This document shows, piece after piece, positions 48,101-55,486 of a stretch of 64,000 nt of DNA. The first letter of the stretch is position 1. Each line of letters starts with the position of its first letter. This DNA is from an uncultured delta proteobacterium (lineage in GTDB: Bacteria; Myxococcota_A; Polyangia; Polyangiales; Polyangiaceae): contig CAWAIF010000003.1 of NCBI GenBank assembly GCA_963782055.1, positions 4,032,001-4,096,000 on the forward strand, in the 5' to 3' direction. The notes below the pieces were generated by a model. It searched no databases and was not told where the DNA came from. It saw only the letters and a program-made list of their open reading frames with translations. A program made the translations under genes and the position numbers.

Positions 48101-48880
48101 GAGGTGGGGTTCGAGCCGACGAGCATCTTCGGCGAGTACTCGCAGGCGTTCCTCCCCGACACCATGTTCCCCATCCTCAGCCAGCCGGCGGTGGGTGATC
48201 TGGACGAGGACGGCACGCCGGACCTCATCATGAGCGGCGGCTCGCTCAGCCTCATCGGGTCGCTCGCCGGCGGCGGCATTCCCCACAAGGTGCAGCACCT
48301 GCTCGCCGCGTGGAGCGGCAAGACCGGCAAGATGATGCCCGGCATGCCGGTGCCGCTCGAGGACTTCCAGTTCCTGACGAGCCCGTCGGTGGCCGACGTC
48401 GATGGCGACGGCTACCCCGAGGTGCTCATCGGCACCGGCGTCTACTTCCTGCACGCCGCGGACGCCTGCGGGCGCGAGGCGAAGGGCTGGCCCAAGTTCA
48501 CCAACGGCTGGATGACCGCCTCCGCGGCGGTCGGCGACCTGACGGGCGAGGGCTACCTCGACGTGGCCACGGCCACCCGCGAGGGCTACGTCTTCGCGTG
48601 GAAGACGCGCGGGCCATCGAGCGGCGTGGTGCAGTGGGAGTCCTTCCACCACGACAACGCCAACACCGGCAACTACAACAACCCGCTCGACCAGGGCGTG
48701 CTCGGGGGCGGCAAGCCGGCGCCCGACTGCTCCCTGCCCGCCGCGCCCCCCAGCGACACCGTGGACGCCGGCGGCGGCTGCGCGTGCGACGTGGAGGGCC
48801 ACACCGGCGGCCGCGGGGCCGGCGCCCTGCTCCTGGCGGGGCTGGGCCTCGTCCTGGTCGCCCGTCGCCGCAAGCGCTGA
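45116..48880 (+). CDS. Secreted S8 subtilase with FG-GAP/VCBS repeats and MYXO-CTERM anchor
   Basis: Signal peptide; ILDSG, GHGT, GTSCASEATG; multiple DxDGDG repeats; GGGCAC...LLLAGLGLVLVARRRKR. Confidence 0.9.
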   Translation: MIDRSQGPRSSLRNAAALVLLGALGLVMQPHGARAAWPPANPDVDMTNPANQPNDPGYQGRWNYWSYLPKQDQGTAPYLAADMTLGASGMSVDKAWALTIGDPSVHIAILDSGIKWDSPDLVNKVALNMGELTGTARPQDKNGQACGGAGNLAGYDCNGDGVFNVADYRDDPRISPVVTGDKCFDGMDPQKPTTTDRIQGDVNHNCLLDPGDLILMFSDGKDDDGNGYVDDIAGWDFYRNDNDPYDDTRYGHGTGEASDSSSEGNNGMDSIGTCPKCMFVPLRVGDSFVADANDFGQAAIYAADNGVSIIQEALGTIDQTPLSKAAIDYAYAHGVMIDASMADENSRHHNMPATTNHTLPVHTVRYNGDSYHNSTTFLAFDSCTNYGGHSALSVSGTSCASEATGRTAGIAGLVYSEGLGLNPPLSAEEAMQLLKQSADDIDVPESRVVNPDTGLAPFYESKPGWDERFNYGRENAFRAVQMVKDGKIPPEVDLTSPTWYQPIYASRTSGSVPIIGSVAARRAQSYDYVVEWAPGVEPDDSEFQPLIAQVSNVPGKTVSGGPNAPLATFDPSAMDTAHTPDPDSQPHCTRDGSFCWGPNDRTVTLRIRATAHYGSFDVKGDARRTIAITNAKNGEDADLLPGFPINLGTSGEGSPKMADIDGDGVRDLVFGGTDGLLHVWSLKSGQPVEVPGFPVATAIVDGLDAAQTDPQIPSYLAGAAYVKGANGGIDPTKVREAIGSAPAIGDLDGDGKPDIVFATWPGTIYVVDHAGKALPGWPKRLPLVPSCPLDPTVKPTGDCMDIRHDLSRGTFAAPVLADMDKDGKPEIIQAAFDGNIYVFKADGSALAGWPVRVHTSRADKFNRIMATPVPVDLNGDGIPEIVTGSNERVGGGGGSGPVFAIDGRGTNTPNPPADGPYLPNWPWVRTSLNLFPVVGEGIVASPVAADLDGDGVPEIGVEGNGAPPIMVKADPGAQVGFADPPNQLPHRTDEVTGDPEVGFEPTSIFGEYSQAFLPDTMFPILSQPAVGDLDEDGTPDLIMSGGSLSLIGSLAGGGIPHKVQHLLAAWSGKTGKMMPGMPVPLEDFQFLTSPSVADVDGDGYPEVLIGTGVYFLHAADACGREAKGWPKFTNGWMTASAAVGDLTGEGYLDVATATREGYVFAWKTRGPSSGVVQWESFHHDNANTGNYNNPLDQGVLGGGKPAPDCSLPAAPPSDTVDAGGGCACDVEGHTGGRGAGALLLAGLGLVLVARRRKR

Positions 48881-48928
48881 AGTCCCCCCCCGAAGCCGGG
48901 CGTCAGGACTCCCGTCGCAACGAAGTCC

Positions 48929-48958
48929 TTTACAGGGCTGGCCGCGCTCCACGATACT
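48929..48958 (+). promoter_or_regulatory. Sigma70-type promoter of tRNA-Met
   Basis: TTTACA-N18-GATACT followed by a GCGCGCGC discriminator. Confidence 0.55.
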
Positions 48959-48972
48959 GCGCGCGCTTTTTC

Positions 48973-49046
48973 GCCGGAGTAGCTCAGTCGGTTAGAGCGG
49001 GCGTTTCATACGCGCTAGGTCGGGGGTTCAAATCCCTCCTCCGGCA
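48973..49046 (+). tRNA. tRNA-Met(CAT), elongator type, CCA not encoded
   Basis: GCCGGAG/CTCCGGC acceptor stem with paired 1:72, TTCATAC anticodon loop, GGTTCAAATCC T-arm; Ile2 not strictly excluded. Confidence 0.92.
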
Positions 49047-49227
49047 CAGTACCCTCGTCGTGTTCGTCGAAGCCGGCGCCCTCAGGGCGTGCAGCAGGCT
49101 TCGCACGGAGCGTAGTCTACGCACCTATCCTGTTCGGTATAGTCTGGGCGCAGGTCACCGCCGACGACGATCCGCGTGGTTGCGGGCGCCGGGGCTGGCT
49201 GGCGCTCACCTTGCAGAGGGCGTCCTC

Positions 49228-50103
49228 GTGGGTTCGTTGCGTGTCGCCAGGCCCTGGGTTGGAGCAGCCGCCGTCGCCGCCGTGTGTGGCGTGAGCGCCG
49301 CGGCGCACGCGGCCGGGCCGCAGTCGCTCTCCTCGACCTTCTACAGCCCCACGCCGCACCCGACGATCGCCGGGGTCGCCTGCGCGCTGGACGCGACGGC
49401 GCGCGTCGAGGGCGTGGATCAGCCGATCGACATGCGCGTGCTGGAGGACACCTCCCTGCTCTGCTGGACGCCTCGCACGCAGCCGGGAGCGGTGCACGTG
49501 ACGGTGCAGATGACGGCCGACGTGAGCAAGGGCCCGGGGCAGATCGTGGTCGAGGTGACCCTCCCCGACAACGCGACGCAGCAGGCGGCGACCGACCTGC
49601 AGTCCGCCGCGGTGGGCATCGCCAACGAGCTCCAGCGCCGGCTGGGCGCGCAGCCGCCGCCGCAGGGCACGACCACGACGCCGGCGCCCACGCAGCCGGC
49701 CCCCCCGCCGACGCCCCCGGTGCACACGCACCCGGTGAGCGAGCCGAACTACGCGCTCATCGGCGTGGGCGCTGGCGCGATCCTGCTCGGCTGGGGGACC
49801 TCCGCCCTCATCGGCGTGGGCATCTCCGAGAGCGGTGGGGACCCGGGGACGCCGCGCTTCTGGCCGTACGTGCCCTTCTTCGGCATGGTCGCCTTCTCCG
49901 CGACGTACAGGGAGGCGGCCAACTGCGACTGCTCCGCCGGCCGCGTCGTCTCCCTCATCGGCAGCGTCGTCATCGACGCGCTGCAGGTGGCGGGCGTGGT
50001 CATGATCATCGCCGGCGTCACCTCGCCGAGGACGAAGCAGGTGCCGGACACGGTGGGCCTGCGCGTGGGACCGGGCAGCTTGATGCTGGAGGGCACCTTC
50101 TGA
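49228..50103 (+). CDS. Hypothetical exported protein with C-terminal hydrophobic helices and terminal Phe
   Basis: Signal peptide (AAHA-AG), Pro/Thr linker, hydrophobic segments, ends LMLEGTF; start uncertain. Confidence 0.72.
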   Translation: MGSLRVARPWVGAAAVAAVCGVSAAAHAAGPQSLSSTFYSPTPHPTIAGVACALDATARVEGVDQPIDMRVLEDTSLLCWTPRTQPGAVHVTVQMTADVSKGPGQIVVEVTLPDNATQQAATDLQSAAVGIANELQRRLGAQPPPQGTTTTPAPTQPAPPPTPPVHTHPVSEPNYALIGVGAGAILLGWGTSALIGVGISESGGDPGTPRFWPYVPFFGMVAFSATYREAANCDCSAGRVVSLIGSVVIDALQVAGVVMIIAGVTSPRTKQVPDTVGLRVGPGSLMLEGTF

Positions 50104-51341
50104 TGACGACGCCGCGCGATCAGGTTGAGAGGCGCCGCAGACGCATGCTCTGGCTGATCTGCTTTCTGGGCGCCTTCACGCCCAACTGCACGCGCTGCTG
50201 CCCGGACAGCGGCGGGTGCAGCTGCTACTACGCGTGGGAGGACTGCCCGCCGAGCGGCTGCAACGCGTGCAGCTCGTCCCAGTACGACGCCCCGATCGGC
50301 TTCGGCGACAGCGGGACGGCCGCCGCCCCCCCTCCGGCGTCGGCGCAGGCGCAGGCGGGCTCGCTCGTCGCCGCGCCCGCCGACGTCGACGCGTCGGTCT
50401 CTCCGCCGGAGGCGCCGTTCGGGGGCACCCTCGCCTTCGTTCCGCGCGCGGACGGCGCCCTGGTCGTGGCCGCGGTGCGCTCCACCGACACGGTGCGCGT
50501 CTTCCGCGTGACGGCCACGACCGACGACACCGACCCGCTGATCGTCCGGAGTGTCGGCGACGTGGCGATGCAGCGCGGGGACGAGCCCGGCCGCGTGGTG
50601 GTGGACGGCGCGGGGCGCGCACGCGTCCTGTTGCGAAGCGGCGGCGCGGTCGCGACGATCGACCCGGTCACGGCGTCGGTCGTCGACCGGCGCCCGGTGT
50701 GCGCGGCGCCGCGCGGGATGGCGTTCGACCGCGCGCGCGACGCCCTCGACGTGGCGTGCGCCTCCGGCGAGGTGATCACCCTGGAGACCGCCGGCGGCGA
50801 GGAGACGCGCCGGATGGTCGCCGCCGGGCAGCCGCTGGACGACGTGGCGGTCGCCGGCGACGCCGTGGTGGCGAGCGCGGGAGCGCGGATCTTCTTCCTC
50901 GGCCCCGACGGCGCCCTCGCCGCGCGCGATCCGCACGGCGCCGTGGGCGCGATGCGCGCGGGCATCCACCCGAAGGAGGTGGCCGTCGGCTACTCCGGGG
51001 CGGCTGGCGCCGCCTTCGCGCTGCTCGGCTCCGACGGCACGGCGGGGCCCTCGATGCAGGTGAAGGACAGGGCGGCGCCGGTGTCCGATCTGGCGCTGCT
51101 GGACGACGGCACCGTCGCGATGGCGGCGGACGGCGATCCCATGCTGCTCGCGCCGGGCGCGGCGGCCTTCACCGACGTGGGCGGCCCCGGCCTCACGCGG
51201 GCGGTGGCGCTCGCCTCGGTGCGGGGCAAGGACGGCGCGACGCGTCGCGTGCTCGCGCTGCAGACGGAGAAGCCCCGGCTCCTCGTCCTCTTCACCGTCG
51301 ACGGTACCCCCGACATGATCCAGGTCGAGCCGCTGGAGTGA
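50103..51341 (+). CDS. Hypothetical protein: Cys-rich N-terminus plus YncE/YVTN-like beta-propeller
   Basis: CTRCC...CSC...C...CNAC; DEPGRVVVD, PVCAAPRGMAFD, VACASG; TGATG coupling. Confidence 0.72.
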   Translation: MTTPRDQVERRRRRMLWLICFLGAFTPNCTRCCPDSGGCSCYYAWEDCPPSGCNACSSSQYDAPIGFGDSGTAAAPPPASAQAQAGSLVAAPADVDASVSPPEAPFGGTLAFVPRADGALVVAAVRSTDTVRVFRVTATTDDTDPLIVRSVGDVAMQRGDEPGRVVVDGAGRARVLLRSGGAVATIDPVTASVVDRRPVCAAPRGMAFDRARDALDVACASGEVITLETAGGEETRRMVAAGQPLDDVAVAGDAVVASAGARIFFLGPDGALAARDPHGAVGAMRAGIHPKEVAVGYSGAAGAAFALLGSDGTAGPSMQVKDRAAPVSDLALLDDGTVAMAADGDPMLLAPGAAAFTDVGGPGLTRAVALASVRGKDGATRRVLALQTEKPRLLVLFTVDGTPDMIQVEPLE

Positions 51342-51365
51342 GGCCTCCGCCCCACGCTGCGCGGC

Positions 51366-52676
51366 TCACTTCACGACGGGGTTGGACGCGACGAAGGGCG
51401 CGCGCACGCGCAGGCGGCTGACGCCCAGCACCGCGGGGATGGGGTCGAAGGGGCTGGCGCGGCGGATGGCGTCGGCGCAGTTGCGATCGAACTCCTCGAC
51501 GCCGCTCGGCCGGAGCGGCGGCCAGGAGACCGTCGCCGTGCCGTCCCTGGCGATGGTGAACTCCAGGATCACCGTGCCCTGCTTCAGCTCCAGGATGGCG
51601 CTCTTGGGGAAGGCGTGCGCCCAGAGCGGCTGGATCTTGGCGTGGATCTTCCGGAAGTAGGGCAAGAGGCGCGGGTCGCTCGTCTCCAGGTCGTAGAGGG
51701 TGCCGTCGCTCAGGCCGAGCGGCGGCGGGTGCGAGCCGGCGCCCGACGCGCCGCCCGCGCCCGGGTCGCCGCCGCCGCCGGTGCCTCCCCCGCCGGGGCC
51801 GCGCGCGCCGCCGGCGTAGCTGCCCTGGACGAGAGAGCGCAGCGCGGTGGCGACGTCCTGCGAGCTGTCGACGTCGTCGCGTGGGAGCGCGTGATCGGTG
51901 GCGGGGATGGAGACGCGGCCGAGCGTGACGTCGGGCCGGGCCCGCGTGGAGGCCGCGCTGCGGCGATGATCCTCGCCCGCGCGGACCCCGTGGACGCCGA
52001 CGCCGGGCGAGCCGACGAGCGCGCCCTCCCGCGCGGCGCCCGGGTCGCGGCGCGTGTCCTCGTCGCCGGACTCCTCACGCATGGCGCCCGGACGCCCGCC
52101 CAGCGCCGAGGCCTCGCCGGAGCGCAGCGCCCCGCGCGACGGGTCGCTCGGGCTCACCGGGCGGCGCTCCTGCCGGATGCCGTGACCGGTGACGATGAAG
52201 GTGAGCTCCATCGGGTGGGTGGTCAGGCGGCGGTCCTCCCAGCTGGCGCGGGAGGTGGCGCTGCGGATGCGCTGGATCTGATCGCGATCGAGGTGGCTCA
52301 CCTCGTCGGTGGTCAGGTGGAGGTACTCGTCGCGATCGCTCAGGTGCGTCGCCTGCGCGACGCTGGTGGCGTCCCCTCCCCGGCCGGCGCGCCCCGTGTC
52401 CAGGCGCGCGACGGTGGCGCCGCCGGAGACGACGGGCTTCTCGCCGGTGCGGTCCACCACGCCGTCGGCCCGAGCCGTCCCCTCCGCCACCACCGGGAGA
52501 TCGATGGGGATGGTGGCCTCGTCCGCGGGCGGGTGGGACCCCGGCGGCGGCGCCATCTGGTGACACTTGTAGAATGCAACGAACCCGAAGGTCCCCAGCA
52601 CGACCGCGTGCACCGCCAGCGAGGCCAGCACGGTCCAGCCTCGAAAGGGCCCGGTCTTGCGGGAGCCATCGGTCAC
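51366..52676 (-). CDS. TonB C-terminal domain protein
   Basis: SLAVHAVV TonB-type TM (SxxxH), long linker, GTVILEFTIARDG...SGVEEFD...AIRRASPF. Confidence 0.85.
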   Translation of the reverse strand: MTDGSRKTGPFRGWTVLASLAVHAVVLGTFGFVAFYKCHQMAPPPGSHPPADEATIPIDLPVVAEGTARADGVVDRTGEKPVVSGGATVARLDTGRAGRGGDATSVAQATHLSDRDEYLHLTTDEVSHLDRDQIQRIRSATSRASWEDRRLTTHPMELTFIVTGHGIRQERRPVSPSDPSRGALRSGEASALGGRPGAMREESGDEDTRRDPGAAREGALVGSPGVGVHGVRAGEDHRRSAASTRARPDVTLGRVSIPATDHALPRDDVDSSQDVATALRSLVQGSYAGGARGPGGGGTGGGGDPGAGGASGAGSHPPPLGLSDGTLYDLETSDPRLLPYFRKIHAKIQPLWAHAFPKSAILELKQGTVILEFTIARDGTATVSWPPLRPSGVEEFDRNCADAIRRASPFDPIPAVLGVSRLRVRAPFVASNPVVK

Positions 52677-52771
52677 GGGTCTACCCCTCAGTTTGCAGTC
52701 GATGGGCCGCAAATGCCACCTCCGGCGGCCCGCGGAGGGCGTGTTCGCGCCTTTCGCGCTACTGTCGGGCC

Positions 52772-53572
52772 GTGACCCCGGCGCTGATCGACACCCACTG
52801 TCACCTCGACCCGCAGTATTTCGCCTCCCCCGACGAGGTGCTCGCCCGCGCACGGGCTGCAGGCGTGGTCGGCTTCGTGGTCATCGGGGTGGGGAGCGAT
52901 CTGGGGCCGGCGCGCGCCGCCGTCGCCCTCGCGGCGTCGCACGCGGGAGAGATGGGCGCGGCGGTGGGGGTGCACCCCCACGACGCGGCCTCCCTGGACG
53001 ACGCCGCGATGCGCGAGCTCGCCGAGCTGGGCGGCAGGCCGGAGGTCGTCGCGGTCGGGGAGATTGGCCTGGACTACCACTACGACCACTCCCCGCGGGA
53101 CGTGCAGCGCGCCGCCTTTGCGCGGCTCGTCGGGCTCGCCCGCGAGCTGGGCAAGCCCATCGTGGTCCACACCCGCGAGGCGGCGGCCGACACGCTGGAG
53201 ATCCTCTCGCGAGAGGGCGCGCGCGAGGTGGGCGGCCTCATCCACTGCTTCAGTGAGGACTGGGACTTCGCCTCCCGCGCGATGGACGTGGACTTCGACG
53301 TCTCATTCTCCGGCATCGTGACCTTCAAGAACGCGCGCGCGGTGCAGGAGGTGGCGGCGCGCGCCCCGGCCGATCGCATCCACGTGGAGACGGACAGCCC
53401 GTACCTCTCCCCGGTGCCGCTGCGAGGCAAGCCGTGCGAGCCGGCGTACGTCGTGCACACCGCGGCGCGCGTCGCCCAGCTCCGCGACGTGCCGGTGGAG
53501 GAGCTCGCGCGCGCCACCCGCGCCAACGCCGCGCGGCGATTCCGCCGCCCCTTCCCGGAGGCCACGTCGTGA
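52772..53572 (+). CDS. tatD: TatD-family nuclease
   Basis: DTHCHL, GVHPH, GEIGLDY, VHTR, IHCFS, ETDSPYL. Confidence 0.95.
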   Translation: MTPALIDTHCHLDPQYFASPDEVLARARAAGVVGFVVIGVGSDLGPARAAVALAASHAGEMGAAVGVHPHDAASLDDAAMRELAELGGRPEVVAVGEIGLDYHYDHSPRDVQRAAFARLVGLARELGKPIVVHTREAAADTLEILSREGAREVGGLIHCFSEDWDFASRAMDVDFDVSFSGIVTFKNARAVQEVAARAPADRIHVETDSPYLSPVPLRGKPCEPAYVVHTAARVAQLRDVPVEELARATRANAARRFRRPFPEATS

Positions 53573-54138
53573 CCGAGACGGACGAGCGCTTCGCCGCGCT
53601 GCTCGACGATCGCGGCGTGCTGCGCGCCGCCGGGGCGCTCGCCGCGCCGGACCCTGCGTACCGGGTGTTCGGGCAGCGGCCCGACGCGCGCTGCGAGATC
53701 GGCGCGTGGCGGCACAACGCCGAGCGCTTCTTCGGCACCACCGTGGGCCTCACCGTCGACAAGCGCTACGCCGGGTCGTACCCCGACGTGGACGCCGCGC
53801 GCGTCGTCGTCGCGCCCACGAGCGGCGACGTCGGAGGCGTGCGCCTCTGCTACGGTCGCCGCGCCGCTGGCGCCGACTGGGACGCCGCCGAGCGCGCCGA
53901 CGCGCGCGCGGGCACCACCGGCCTCGGCGAGCTGGCGCGCCGCTGCCACGTCGTGTGGCTCGTCGAGCGGCAGGGCCCCGAGGACCCAACCGCGCTGCTG
54001 CTCGCGGCGATCATCGCGAGCGTGCTGCTCGGCCCCATCCTGGACGTCGCGGGGGCCTCCGCCGAGAACGCGGGCGAGCTCTTCGGCGTGCGGACGGCGC
54101 GGCTCAAGCTGGAGGGGGGCTCGGCGCCGTACCGGTAG
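53569..54138 (+). CDS. Hypothetical protein
   Basis: GTGA overlap with tatD, good codon bias; no recognised motif. Confidence 0.7.
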   Translation: MTETDERFAALLDDRGVLRAAGALAAPDPAYRVFGQRPDARCEIGAWRHNAERFFGTTVGLTVDKRYAGSYPDVDAARVVVAPTSGDVGGVRLCYGRRAAGADWDAAERADARAGTTGLGELARRCHVVWLVERQGPEDPTALLLAAIIASVLLGPILDVAGASAENAGELFGVRTARLKLEGGSAPYR

Positions 54139-55486
54139 CTCTAAAGACCGCGCGCGCCGACGCCACCGCCACCACCGCCAGCACACCCGCGCGCACCGCC
54201 CAGTCGCAGGTGGAGCCGAGCCACACGCCGCGCAGGCCCATGTGGGCCTCGATGGCGAGGGCCCACGTGCACGAGAGGCGCACCAGCACCGCCCCCACGA
54301 AGCTCACAGCCAGCACCAGCCGCGTGCGACCCGCGCCGCGCAGCGCCTGGGCCATGACGATCGCGCCGGCCATGAAGGGCTGCGCGATGGCGAGGACCGG
54401 CACCGCGGAGAGGCCGATGCGCACGACGTTCGCGTCGCTGGTGAAGAGCGGCAAGATGACGCTGCGCCCGACGAGGACCAACAGCCCGAGCGTGCTGAGG
54501 ACCGCGATGGCGTCGCGCGTGGCGATGCCCGCGGCGCGCACGGCCTCGCCCGGCCGCCCTGCGCCGAGCTTCTGCGCCACCAGCGTCGCGGCCGCCACGC
54601 CGAAGCCGTCGGCGCTGAGGAAGCAGATGGACTCCACGCTGATGAGCGCCTGGTTGGCCGCCATGCTCGCGTCCCCCAGCCGGCCGATGATGGCGACGTA
54701 GGCCAGGAAGCCCGCGTGGTAGAGCGCGCGCTCCAGCATCGCCGGCCAGCCCACGCCGACGATGGCGCGCAGCTCCGTCCTGGCGCCCCCGGCCGGGCCC
54801 GCGTCCGGCGCGTCCGCGTCGCGCCGCAGGGACACCGCGCGGCCACGCCGCGTGAGGGCGAGCACCGCGAGCAGCGCCTCCAGCCCGAAGGTGAGCGCGG
54901 TGCTGATCGCGCACCCGCGCATGCCGAGCGCCGGGATGCCCAGGCCGCCCAGGATGAGGACGCGGTTCATCGCCACGTGGAGCGCGTTGGCCACCACGCC
55001 GATGGCCAGGGGCGTGCGCGTGTCGCCGGACGCCTGCAGCGTCGCGGTGGCCATCGCCGAGACGTACATGATCGGCGCCGCGAGCAACGTCACGCCCAGG
55101 TACGCGCGCGACTCCTCCAGCACCGCGGGGCTAGCGCGGCTCGACGCCAGCGGCAGCAGCGCCAGCACCACCGGGGAGAGCGCCACCACGACCGAGCCGG
55201 CGGCGATCGCGATCCCCAGCGAGGCGAGCGCGGCGCGACGCGCCCCCGCGCGGTCGCCGGCGCCCACCAGCCGCCCCACCCGCGCCACGGTCCCGACCTC
55301 GAAGGCGAGGAAGACCGAGAAGACGCTCCACTCGACCGGCCCGGCCACCTGCATCGCCGCCAGCGACGCCTCGGAGTGGTGGCCGAGCATGACGCGGTCC
55401 ACCACGAAGACCAGCGTCTGCAGCAGCGAGTGCAGGATCGCCGGAAATGCGAGGCGGCGGACCTCCCCGCGGAGGCCGCCGCGCAT
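54104..55486 (-). CDS. MATE-family efflux transporter
   Basis: LAFP...VDRVMLG, GDTRTPL, VAQKLGAG; about 12 TM helices. Confidence 0.93.
   Translation of the reverse strand: MRGGLRGEVRRLAFPAILHSLLQTLVFVVDRVMLGHHSEASLAAMQVAGPVEWSVFSVFLAFEVGTVARVGRLVGAGDRAGARRAALASLGIAIAAGSVVVALSPVVLALLPLASSRASPAVLEESRAYLGVTLLAAPIMYVSAMATATLQASGDTRTPLAIGVVANALHVAMNRVLILGGLGIPALGMRGCAISTALTFGLEALLAVLALTRRGRAVSLRRDADAPDAGPAGGARTELRAIVGVGWPAMLERALYHAGFLAYVAIIGRLGDASMAANQALISVESICFLSADGFGVAAATLVAQKLGAGRPGEAVRAAGIATRDAIAVLSTLGLLVLVGRSVILPLFTSDANVVRIGLSAVPVLAIAQPFMAGAIVMAQALRGAGRTRLVLAVSFVGAVLVRLSCTWALAIEAHMGLRGVWLGSTCDWAVRAGVLAVVAVASARAVFRATGTAPSPPPA

Noticed and set aside
45101..48952. Very long antisense and alternate-frame ORFs (for example 1283 aa here, 5136-8330 on -, 12975-15407 on +)
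   Set aside because: Shadow ORFs expected at this GC content; Arg/Ala/Gly-rich, no motifs, and they overlap well-supported genes
48973..49046. Initiator tRNA-fMet
   Set aside because: Positions 1:72 are paired (G-C) and the anticodon stem lacks three consecutive G-C pairs
49047..51365. Intact genomic island at tRNA-Met
   Set aside because: No integrase, no duplicate of the tRNA 3' end seen, and codon usage matches the host
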